Assembly: GCA_965204115.1 (NCBI GenBank)
Contig: OZ241963.1
Location: 10,632-74,631, forward strand
From: Minisyncoccota bacterium
GTDB taxonomy: Bacteria > Patescibacteriota > Minisyncoccia > Phycocordibacterales > JABAAK01
Reading direction: 5' to 3'
DNA: 64,000 nucleotides
Made by a program: the position numbers and the translations under genes. Position 1 is the stretch's first letter. The number at the start of each line of letters is the position of its first letter. Below the pieces are notes generated by a model. It did not search any database. It saw nothing but the letters and a program-made list of their open reading frames with translations, and was not told the DNA's origin. Positions 21,601 to 28,300 of the stretch are shown here, piece by piece.

Positions 21601-22013
21601 TAACCCCCCGCAACCGACAAGCACCCTCCTTTACCCCCACCATCACCCCACAACAGCAACCACACTCCCTCGGCGATCGACACCCGGACATCAAGGAAGC
21701 ACAAGAACTCCTCAACGAACGCACCTCCTGTCCTGTAGCAGCAACCGGCCCCGGCTCCCCAGGACAAGAGACCACCTACTTCGGCTCTCTCACCCGACAA
21801 GCCATCCTCTGCTACCAACGAGCCAACACCCTCACCCCTACCGGCACTCTCTCCCCATCTCTCCTCTCCACACTCCGTCAAGAACCTCTTCCTCAACGAC
21901 AACAACAAGAAGAAGCACAAGACACCCCACAGAACACCAACTATCAACCCATCAACGATCCCTACATCTATACGCAGCGTACCCGACGCAGCTATACTGC
22001 TCCCTCTCTCTAA
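12630..22013 (+). CDS. giant (~3130 aa) cell-surface adhesin-like protein with many Ig-like (DxAGN / DTTAP-bounded) domains and two C-terminal peptidoglycan-binding-like modules
   Basis: The track ORF starts at GTG 12399 but overlaps the divergent DUF3800 gene. I prefer in-frame ATG 12630 (MFFGKQLL... then hydrophobic LVPLVLVSFVALLSLFVFAGQASA). More than 12 repeats end in D.AGN....DTTAPT. A Gly/Ser linker SRSGGGSSGGGGG is followed by two blocks resembling PG_binding_1 (LQRYLNNN...TGAGSPGQESTYFG... and AQELLNER...TGPGSPGQETTYFG). Confidence 0.8.
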   Translation: MFFGKQLLDFLLHSRRAGAVDGAVGSVRAVGVDLWRSLVPLVLVSFVALLSLFVFAGQASAAVAKPSAIALTTPSSSPGNDTTPTFTVTVSETGGTVTLYSDSGCTTSNAISSATSVTDTDSPFTVAVTANTLSAGTYTVYAKHTEGGEDSPCSTETASYVLDTTAPTVDTTDTKYYSSVSVDNSGQSPTYVVTFSNANALGADSIRVTDQYIHARVKFSEDVKGAITNTPGTDRPSIWRVIGSAETQFEVEGQLAAGLEDPADTIGACAPADGENTPFVTDDWICTYRVKSTDLGKFKIRVKTTTTDAAGNALAQQYDHGTTIQLNKPAAPSAIVPTSDTGSSTSDKITKELTKVKVTLPTSASPTTSSTLQIFTYTPASDGSCATPTGSNDGWTSRGTTTGATATGGSPNYVTSTRVWTSNTFTQPSEGKYCFTAQYDIDGSGTSNVASSYAAGMLMELDTTAPTVTAADTKYYSSSTLTTENELASGSYRKQGQDIYTRVKFSENVSNTTANDTTARPSIWYLIGSNETQYDIVAHSATLADGDCKAKSSTDTSEYTCLYTTTSNVNGAFKVRVKTDTKDVAGTALGTQYDHGSTITLDTTAPTVTSADTKYYSNSNLSTELTNGSYRKSGESVYTKVKFSENVANTDANDTTARPSIWYLIGSNETQYDIVAHDATLADGDCKAKSSTDTNEYTCLYTTASNVNGAFKVRIKTDTQDRAANALSTQYDHSNTITLDTTAPTVTGTIATANENTVNSVKYLNANDTITLTLTLTENIQATNPIVQFKNGANNLGTPITTTGSGTTREAVFTVASGQNVSNGNLKWDITNESSVLDNAGNALVAVAAQDISNTVIDTTPPLAPTNLDLATADDSCADFDGTTGCDFGSNTDNRTSTTTGLSISYSGEEHATVQLSKSKDGGSAAEVGTRSSALASSGAGTTDIALSDGDGVYTVTAKQTDRALNISPASAALDITIDTTAPTAPPTPDLQAASDTGVSSTDNLTKDATVNFDLGSHTNTEECRYVYEGSNVTGQSTYACVAAADDAYTNTTEREESFKTRAYDAAGNHADSATALKVRFDRSITEALIDLKATSDSGYSTTDNITNVTEPTVALSQLESSADPTTGTGKAQVTINLWVDGDIDTVVDKTELTQVGAIANVSSTTQDLQLSALTEDIHKLVAVHTDDAGNEAITAVSKLAYNPADGTKGSNVIIVDTTAPEAPSKPDLSPNRDTYGANANPSRDGTNADDVTYHQDLLFFTEASKRNDGDSQDLTQAALIREQHHLLAYELTAADSSTATATSITGQNISGTTHSNPTNTAARTITSQQNYHSQTVAGQQHTHRFAGATPDTENQYHIATKQVDAAGNTSDYGPTLSLKIDRKAPNEAPGELILHFDSDTGISMTDRRTANTTPVFITEFPRTRQLEGENTDTDYQVDYYELWRAGLDSNYETEGAFAYPSDSTQNHQASFGLIPDTEDATDQLSDTTSSNPLLDVYEDGISVRIIQQNIPQYNKHYSYKMVSVDLAGNTTLGVDESNPEILVPPPTPSDPDLATASDTGSSTSDNLTKNTTLTLTTSYRNTSTAEQQGQAAQNLRTLELTITPPNNGDPQTLLFSRPADHNDGDGFDIPTGERRDAEGVPDPTHTTFTATYSFSTAVDLTQVFGDDLQDGTYTLSFLGINSQGERGLPSNELTVTLDTTPPAFGDNLTLTSTRVYEQSSGANTKHRFEIAATPDTEEGTVVTFHYGTTNTAVLTVTNNIGRTASNASFAEVAITTHSLAEDYTDYEVSLIDAAGNSVPRFAYPDNAKAPRFLSFDTGETNTYILSAYPRNDGTITEPYSATTASGGTCQTTTTSTTYTPRSKVTVASATTDACAVAVDSYGNRTIVNISAEKTDLITAAGIHPDDDSTEQGDNLTNNPNPRYHGTTIPGASVRFQTKRSADDWTDAYEQTVTAEDDGSFTIPRILSTPAGGQRESIFTTTVTTGDATGDADPVHGYFSVERSNVGSIVARQAGSASQTSFTHNGFSLELKGVGFRDTAGSSDYFGFCVVADNSKLSIAGLNNVKLFKVFPDPLSIVFRDSDHTITLPLVRDALNSDFTVNAALFGIDLAGEEDPCLVFFSGGSSSLTSSIALLRQHFFTNEGTTFTFSIEPMASGMKTSVDVRAYLTHTDVLGAAELTTPIDLSPLTLDVTPPAISAALKEPTSSPAADTTPTLTITAEESATVGLYSDAQCSVQVGSSATVAAGESTADLTTAALTDGEYAFYAQGTDVAGNPACTQSALDYTLDTVAPDVTVIQVGTGDTAQYVATAADATTTTARHKDTTPSAVCTVTAGLETDGTLSSGWTAYTGTLVKSNGDNAGSISGSGGMCIIFTDAAGNSTAQHIVDGGTYTNSIGGFTISDDTGVLSDDFITNNPSQTLSAVTVPGSEGSLILTNKTDTNQVITLPFTASHYSATQPSRFSVSTTIPEGTYTVTAEVTIDGTPVTAIPLQDPLIVDTTAPSAPETANPYSLTSSNDTFKVDGVVRAGFTYVSASIGVASAPYSVGSTTQHFLTLFGTDYPCTYSTSQANSGVNESDTFTCSINYTVDATTPQGVAALTMRGEDVAGNAYSFTISDDDAVVYTVDTLAPEYTVTASKTAAKPGDTVTVTVDADDLHDVLLNGSAVSDDNQMRVSFAGEQFSLSTLPGSFDYTVPTDALDGQRTISLPQITDRVGNAAAPTPQGVLFVDTKTPSVSRYLFSNSGTTLSVSAQVARNNHSSMPGEEGVTLSFTGSCSSFPASPVFTASAQAAPERYAYSIRIPRGTYTADTCSLIARDAVGNQSDPTLTTIPLTITASRSGGGSSGGGGGVGVIKYNVSRGGPPLPEQVGIPLPPEPRAEEVSAAIQSTLTRNLTIGSQGNDVQQLQRYLNNNTCPVAQTGAGSPGQESTYFGQKTQQAVICYQQKHSITPPQGYVGPKTRAHINARISPHPAAPQGIPLTIDSTLPPQTKVTPRNRQAPSFTPTITPQQQPHSLGDRHPDIKEAQELLNERTSCPVAATGPGSPGQETTYFGSLTRQAILCYQRANTLTPTGTLSPSLLSTLRQEPLPQRQQQEEAQDTPQNTNYQPINDPYIYTQRTRRSYTAPSL

Positions 22014-22065
22014 TAGCTGACCATTCATTACCTAAATGGTATTGTGTTTTGCTGACCTGATCGGA

Positions 22066-22095
22066 GTTTTGTGTAATGTGGTATACTGTATAGCA
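22066..22095 (+). promoter_or_regulatory. putative extended -10 promoter (TGgTATACT) 8 nt upstream of the antitoxin ATG; leaderless configuration. A near-identical copy lies at 24487..24516
   Basis: aatgtggtatactgtatagcaATG read directly. The same 26-mer gtggtatactgtatagcaatgaatac precedes both antitoxin genes. Confidence 0.35.
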
Positions 22096-22338
22096 ATGAA
22101 TACTATCGTAGCATCTTGGGGTGGGCGACTCAGAGCGCGTATTGGGCGGCTTGCGGAGCAGGTGTCCGCGTGGTCGGCGGCAAAGGAACGGCAGCGGGAA
22201 GAGGACATGGAGCTGAAGCCGGAGGTGAAGCGGGAGCTGTTGGCGATGATGGAGGATGATGCTGACTTGTCGCTGGGGTTTGATACCGCTGAAGAGTTTG
22301 TTGCTCACCTTAAAAATGACGAGGATTCTGACTCGTAG
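22096..22338 (+). CDS. putative antitoxin of a RelE-type type II TA pair
   Basis: Small acidic ORF (MNTIVASWGGRLRARIGRLAEQVSAWSAAKERQREEDMELKPEVKRELLA...) 4 nt upstream of a RelE-like toxin. Paralog at 24517..24756. Confidence 0.5.
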   Translation: MNTIVASWGGRLRARIGRLAEQVSAWSAAKERQREEDMELKPEVKRELLAMMEDDADLSLGFDTAEEFVAHLKNDEDSDS

Positions 22339-22341
22339 GGT

Positions 22342-22596
22342 ATGAGGTTTTATTCTCGGAAAAAGTTTAGACGGCAGTATAAAAAACTTCCGGCAGAAAT
22401 ACAAAAAAAGCTTGATGAGCGGCTGAGTTTGTTTCGAGAGAATCAATATGACCCGCGCTTGCGTAGACACCCCCTCAAAGGAGATATGCAGCCCTTTGAG
22501 AGTATCAATATAACTGGGGATTATCGTACATTGTTTATCCAAAAGGGAGAGGATGTTACCTTTTATGCAGTTGGCACGCACAGTGAGCTGTATTAG
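22342..22596 (+). CDS. RelE/ParE-superfamily (RelE/YafQ-like) mRNA-interferase toxin
   Basis: 84 aa. LSLFRENQYDPRLRRHPLKGDMQPF...GDYRTLF...FYAVGTHSELY fits the RelE/StbE/YafQ pattern (HPL.G...DYR.I...GTH..LY). Confidence 0.65.
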   Translation: MRFYSRKKFRRQYKKLPAEIQKKLDERLSLFRENQYDPRLRRHPLKGDMQPFESINITGDYRTLFIQKGEDVTFYAVGTHSELY

Positions 22597-22679
22597 GGTG
22601 TTGAGGTAAAGAGAGGTGGGAATGGGTATTTTTTGGCATTTATAGGTAAGCGGCTCAGGGAATGCATCGGGAGCCCGGA

Positions 22680-22758
22680 AAGCACTCTTATACCGTGAGG
22701 GGTTTGGTGTTGTCCTTGCAGAATACCGCGAGGTCTTGGATTTCCTTTTCGTCGTCTA
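22680..22758 (-). pseudogene. 79-bp fragment identical (1 mismatch) to the 3-prime end of the doc toxin gene (copy of 23824..23902); direct repeat flanking the DUF3800 insert
   Basis: aagcactcttataccgt(g/t)aggggtttggtgttgtccttgcagaataccgcgaggtcttggatttccttttcgtcgtcta is present at both sites. The minus-sense reading encodes ...DDEKEIQDLAVFCKDNTKPLTV*. Confidence 0.6.
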
Positions 22759-22876
22759 GAATTAGACTCTCAACTGAAATGCAACAAACAGAAAACATAT
22801 ACGCCCGCTTGGCATATAGTGGTGTTGGTATTTTTAAAGTTGAGATTCTGGTTCTTAGCTGTGTAATACTGTTAGC

Positions 22877-23659
22877 ATGAGTAACAAAGGGAAATATAGG
22901 ATGTTTGTGGATGAATCAGGTTCTCATGTATATAAAAGTAGAAAGACTGATGTTGAAGGCAGATATTTGTGTTTGCTTGGTGTTATTATTGCTGAGGAGG
23001 AGCGCAAAAAGTATTTCAACCCTGCTTGGCGGGATTTGCGATCCCTGCTTTCTGACGATGTTGATTTCCCGACACCGCTGCATTTCATTGATGTTTTTAA
23101 TAAGAGAGGAGTGTTTAATAAGTTAGCACATCCTGCCACTCGAAATATATTTAATGAAAAATATATGAACATTATATCTTCCCGTAATTTCAAAATTTGC
23201 TGTGTTGTGTTGGACAAAAAGAGTCATTTTGACAAATATCAGCAGTCAGCGCAACACCCCTACCACCACTGTTTCAATTTTTTATTACAGCAGTACCTTG
23301 CGTTTTTAGATGCTGTCGATGGTGTTGGGGACATAGTTATTGAAAGCAGAGGGAAGAAGGAAAACACAACACTTTGCTCTGCCTATGAAAATTTATACAC
23401 AGAAAAATATATTGCCACAAGGGTAACAAGTAAAAAATTGAAAATTAGTAAAAAAGAAGAACTTATTTCCGGGCTTGAGCTTGCGGACATGCTGGTAACA
23501 ATTATGAAGTTTTTTGTTCTGGAGCAATATGAGTTGCATACTATGCACGATAACTTTTCTAAAAAAGTTATCGAAGAACTGGAGGAGAATAGAAAAATAA
23601 TTTCTTCTCCTCAAGATCAGCGTGTGCTGAAAGAGTATGGACTGAAACTCGTACGGTGA
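22877..23659 (+). CDS. DUF3800 domain protein (second copy)
   Basis: N-terminus MSNKGKYRMFVDESGSH carries the (Y/F)VDESG motif. 260 aa. Only distantly related to the 11724..12446 protein. Confidence 0.6.
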   Translation: MSNKGKYRMFVDESGSHVYKSRKTDVEGRYLCLLGVIIAEEERKKYFNPAWRDLRSLLSDDVDFPTPLHFIDVFNKRGVFNKLAHPATRNIFNEKYMNIISSRNFKICCVVLDKKSHFDKYQQSAQHPYHHCFNFLLQQYLAFLDAVDGVGDIVIESRGKKENTTLCSAYENLYTEKYIATRVTSKKLKISKKEELISGLELADMLVTIMKFFVLEQYELHTMHDNFSKKVIEELEENRKIISSPQDQRVLKEYGLKLVR

Positions 23660-23831
23660 GGTATAGGAAATAGGAAAACCGGCTTGCGCCGGCTTCCTAC
23701 GACACGCATAAAGCGATGTCCTCCTTCCATAGGGAATTACTCATATTATACTTACGGTTTATTTTTTGTCAAGTTTTGTGGTTAGATTCTCGGTTGAAGA
23801 TCAGCTCAAAATCCTACAGAGTTAAGCACTC

Positions 23832-24299
23832 TTATACCGTTAGGGGTTTGGTGTTGTCCTTGCAGAATACCGCGAGGTCTTGGATTTCCTTTTCGTCGTC
23901 TATTGTTTGGGAGTCAAGCGCGGCCACTTCTTTTGTTTTGTTGTAGAGGTCTTCGGGATTGAATTTGGTTGTGTATCCGTTTATGTAGTAGAAACCGATC
24001 ATGCAGAGCAGTGACGAGCGTTTGTTGCCGTCGGCGAGTTTGTGTCCTTTGATGATGCAAAACATAAGCCGCGCGGCGGTTTCGTGCAGGTCGCCACCGA
24101 CCAGCATCACCCGTGTCTGCACGGTGCCTTGTGCAGCAAACATCTGCTCTACCCACCGTTCTTTTTCTGTGGGGAGGAATGCACCAAAGATGTCTGAAAG
24201 GTACTGTTCGTTGTACTCTTTGTCGTACAGACGGGATAGATCATCTTCTTCAAGAAATTGTACGCTACTCTTTTGCGAGTCGTTCAATGATGTGTCCAT
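23832..24299 (-). CDS. doc: Doc/Fic-family toxin (death-on-curing-like)
   Basis: 155 aa containing KGHKLADGNKRSS, matching the Fic/Doc core motif H.F.(D/E)GNKR. Confidence 0.65.
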   Translation of the reverse strand: MDTSLNDSQKSSVQFLEEDDLSRLYDKEYNEQYLSDIFGAFLPTEKERWVEQMFAAQGTVQTRVMLVGGDLHETAARLMFCIIKGHKLADGNKRSSLLCMIGFYYINGYTTKFNPEDLYNKTKEVAALDSQTIDDEKEIQDLAVFCKDNTKPLTV

Positions 24300-24438
24300 A
24301 TCGTTTTACAGTATGTTTTGCCGCTAAATCTATTCGCCTGTTTCGCTCCTTGCGGGACAACGGCTTCGCCGGCGCGTCGTTTACTACCGCCTTGTTGCTT
24401 GAAAATGTTGACTTGTTTTTTGGTACCATGTTTTTCAT
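24265..24438 (-). CDS. putative small basic antitoxin (Phd-position partner of Doc), 57 aa, overlapping the doc start by 35 nt
   Basis: My own translation of the minus strand: MKNMVPKNKSTFSSNKAVVNDAPAKPLSRKERNRRIDLAAKHTVKRYGHIIERLAKE*. It is below the 60-aa cutoff of the ORF track. Preceded by tggTATACT 7 nt upstream of ATG. Confidence 0.35.
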   Translation of the reverse strand: MKNMVPKNKSTFSSNKAVVNDAPAKPLSRKERNRRIDLAAKHTVKRYGHIIERLAKE

Positions 24439-24516
24439 ATCTGCCAGTATACCATATTTTCGGTATTTATTGACATGTGGATAACTTTGTTAGTGGGCGT
24501 GGTATACTGTATAGCA

Positions 24517-24756
24517 ATGAATACACTTGTGGCATCGTGGGGTGGGCGACTTAGAGCGCGCATTGGGCGGCTTGCGGAGCAGGTGTCTGCGTGGTCGGCG
24601 GCTAAGGGGCGGCAGCGGGAAGAGGACATGGAGCTGAAGCCGGAGGTGAAGCGGGAGCTGTTGGCGCAAGTTGAAGACGCAAAACAGGGTAAGAATATCT
24701 CACCGGGTTTCACCGACATAAAAGATATGGAGAAGTGGCTTAATTCTCAATCATGA
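24517..24756 (+). CDS. putative antitoxin, paralog of 22096..22338
   Basis: MNTLVASWGGRLRARIGRLAEQVSAWSAAKGRQREEDMELKPEVKRELLA... is near-identical in the N-terminal ~55 aa and diverged in the C-terminus. Overlaps the toxin by 4 nt (ATGA). Confidence 0.5.
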   Translation: MNTLVASWGGRLRARIGRLAEQVSAWSAAKGRQREEDMELKPEVKRELLAQVEDAKQGKNISPGFTDIKDMEKWLNSQS

Positions 24757-25010
24757 TAAAGGTTTTTCTTGCTACCGGATTTGTCAGGCAGTATAAAAAA
24801 TTACCGCTGAAGATACAAAAAAAATTCCTTGAGCGAGTTGCTGTGTTCAAAGAAAATCCCCGCCACCCACTGCTCAGGGTGCATAGGTTACAAGGTGATA
24901 TGGAGTTGTTTGAGAGTATGAATGTGACAGGTGATTTCCGTGCTCTCTTTGTACGAGAGGGTGTTGCGGCCACCTTCCATAAGATCGGCACGCATAGTGA
25001 GCTGTATTAG
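24753..25010 (+). CDS. RelE/YafQ-like toxin, paralog of 22342..22596
   Basis: MIKVFLATGFVRQYKKLPLKIQKKFLERVAVFKENPRHPLLRVHRLQGDM...FHKIGTHSELY. Same family pattern. Confidence 0.65.
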   Translation: MIKVFLATGFVRQYKKLPLKIQKKFLERVAVFKENPRHPLLRVHRLQGDMELFESMNVTGDFRALFVREGVAATFHKIGTHSELY

Positions 25011-25303
25011 GGGTGTTGAGGTAAAAGTGCAGCTCAGGCATCCACCGAACATCCTTCAAAAACCCTTTACTGTAAGGGCTATTGTAGCGATATTACTCAA
25101 TAGCAAAAGTACCAGTATGCAAGGGGAGGGGTAGCAAATCTAATTGTACTATGTTTAGCAATAACAAATGAAAGTAATGGTATATAGCCAAGGAAAAGAA
25201 TTAGGCAGTTCTCTTAAACGGCTGATGTATGTTGTTGCCGTTATCCACAAAACTATCAGCAGGATAGGTTGAGGAAAAGACGGTCGTGGTGGTATTTTGA
25301 TGT

Positions 25304-28300
25304 ATGACCAATAAACACAACAACATAAGCAAGTATATTTTTCAGAGTGTAGCAGCACTCTTCATTATTTCTTTATTCGTAACCGCATCCCTGCTCACCT
25401 ATGCGCAGGAGGAGGCACCTGCCACCGAGAAGGCAAATGATCTTCCGTATGAGTTAGGCGTGGTGTTAGTACAGTATGAGGATACGGTATTTCAGGCACA
25501 AGTAAACGACGGCGGGGAAGCAGGTGTGGTACAGGTTCCGGGAGGACTCCTTGATAACCTTGACGGCGACCTAGGACCGGTAGCGATTGTCAATGATCTC
25601 CTCACCGAAGAAGGATTTGCACCTAAACTTATCGAACGATTCCCTGACCTTAACGCTGAAGTAATACACCTTGGTGAGGATGTTGATCCACTTTCCGTTA
25701 TGGACTCACTCATTGCACTACCCGGTGTTGTGTTAGTACAACCAAACTTCCTCTATGAACCAACACAAGCACCCAATGATCCGAAGCTCAGTGATGCATG
25801 GCACCTTATCCATACGCAGGTATACAGTACAGACCAAAGTGACAACGAAACAGCGTGGAAAGCTATAGACGGACTCACTACCGCAACCTATGTACCAACC
25901 ATCGCTGTGATAGACACCGGCATTGATACGGAGCATCCTGAGTTTAAAGATGTCAGTGCGAACAGAGACAAACCGCAGTTTAACCGGTTGTTGAATTTAT
26001 TAAGGTGCAGAGTGCCTGTCTTTGGCGGGTTGGTGGAGTTAGACCGCACGGAGTCAACCCTGACCACTTGTCCCTGGGGTGGCTATGACCTCGGCAGCAA
26101 TGACAATAATCCGATACATTCTCGTCGCGCAAGCCCTCACGGTACTATGGTTGCCGGTGTCGCCGCAGGAAATCGCAACAACAACTTTGACAGTGCCGGT
26201 GTAGCACACTTTGCTCATATCATGCCGATCAAACTGAATGTATTCAGTTCAACTGCCATTCTCAAGAGTGTGGCATTCGCGCGCTTAAACGGTGCGGATA
26301 TTATTAATGCGAGTTTTGGTGGTATGAGGTCAGCAGGATGCACCTCTGTGTATCAGTCCAGCCCTTCACCTTCTTATCGTTACCTTCTGGAGGCCCAACA
26401 GATTCGCAATTTCCCGGGACTCTTTGTCGCTTCTGCCGGTAATGATAATACAAAAACAGGAAGTGGTGATGGTTTCTTTTATCTGCCTGCCGACTTCAAT
26501 CAGGATATGAGCGCACAAGGGTGCTGGGATGCGGTACCAAATATGATATCTGTCGGAGGAACAGAGAGGAGTAGTGATATCAGTGGTAACAATGTGGCTG
26601 ACTCAGTTGAAGGAGATATTATCAAGGCGCAAGGCATAGTGGAATCACGGTGGAGGTCACGTTTCGTTCGTAGCGGCTCTAATTACAATGCCAATGTGGA
26701 CATCGCAGCGCCGTCAACTGATATCCTTGTGTCGTCATTAGATGACAGTAGCGGATCGCGAGTGCGCATTACCAAGCGAACAGCCGGCACCTCTTTCTCG
26801 GCACCGCTGGTTGCTGGTACCCTTGCTTTGATGTTGCGGGCGAACCACCAGCTGACATCGGCAGAGCTGAAGCGGCGGTTACTTGAGTCAGCAGATGAAC
26901 TGGTCAGTTTAACAGGGCCTGATTGTACTGCGGGCACTGCTGATGACTATGTGCATCGGGGAAGAAGGTTGAATGCGTACAATGCGGTACGAGCCGCTCT
27001 AGGTCTTTCGTACACCAAGAAAGAAATATCTGACCTAACGGCTGCGCAACAGGCAACCTGTCTTCGCGGAGGCAAGGATTCAGACGGCGATGGTCTCATA
27101 GACATCACCACGGTCGAAGAGCTTAATAACATACGACACAATCTTGCGGGAACCAGTTACAAGACAGATGCTGCTGCTCAAGGTATCACCACCGGTTGTC
27201 CTGTCGGAGGGTGTAATGGCTATGAGTTAGTGAATAGCCTTGATTTTGTCGGAACCGGGTGGGAAACTGCCGGCTGGACACCGATTGACAATTTCACCGG
27301 TACCTTTGATGGTGGCAATCATGTTGTATATAACCTTCCGAGTACTCGTGTTGCTTCAACAGGGCATCAGATATTCGGCACGAACGGATCTGGCGCAGAA
27401 GTGCGGAATGTATCATTCATTAAAACGGTCTATTGGGGTTGTAATGCAAGTGTAAAATCACAATGCACCCTGAGCGACACTGATTATGCTCAGACACCAT
27501 CGGGATCCTGCCCGGTCGGTGATGCTGGTGCCTGCTCTTATCGATGCGATAAAGGACACTGGCAGGAAGTGACCAACACTTGCACTCAACCGACGGTCTC
27601 CTGTGTTACTGACCCCAGTACCCTTATGAATGGTACTGTTACCAGACAGGGATCCTGGGTTAAAGCATGTGCGAGCACTCATCGTTCAGACAGATATGCG
27701 CAATACTACACTTTCACACTCAGTACTCAGAGGGAGGTTAGGCTTAACCTGCTTTCACCTACTAATGCCTTTCTGTATCTCAATGCGCATGCGCCCGCAG
27801 ATCGGTATAAGTCTGGCGTCGGTATAACGCGAAATGACAATGGTGGTAAGGGTTCTAATGCGCGTATTGTGAGCATTCTTCCCGCTGGCACCTATACCGT
27901 GGAGGCAACCACTTTCGCTACCAAACAGACCGACTCCTTCACACTGAATGTGAAAGTCGTTGACCCTCCTGCCTCTGCTTGTTCCGCTGTCAGTCAGACA
28001 TGGACTGTGGGAGGTAATAGTTGTAGCGGTAATCTCACTGCTGTTCCTAGGGGGGTGTCACAGGCGATTGATGACATTGCAACCCCCACTGTCGGCTCAG
28101 CGGTGTTTCGGTGCGATACGAATGGTGGATGGACCAGAGTGGGCAAAGCCAAGTGTGTTACGGTTACTTGTCCTGCCGTTAATCGATCGTGGACGGTGGA
28201 TGGTAACACCTGTGCCGGCAATCTTGCCGAAACTAATGCAGGTAGTATGCGGGTTGCCAGTGATCAGTCAGGATCGGCAACTGGTTCGGCAACCTACGAA

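Noticed and set aside
21318-22028. 236-aa minus-strand ORF and many other 60-150-aa ORFs inside the giant gene
   Set aside because: They are antisense within a long, continuous, domain-rich CDS. GC-rich repetitive coding DNA produces long spurious antisense frames.
24113-24484. 123-aa plus-strand ORF across the doc/antitoxin region
   Set aside because: It is antisense to the doc start and the small antitoxin, with no motifs. The minus-strand genes explain the region.
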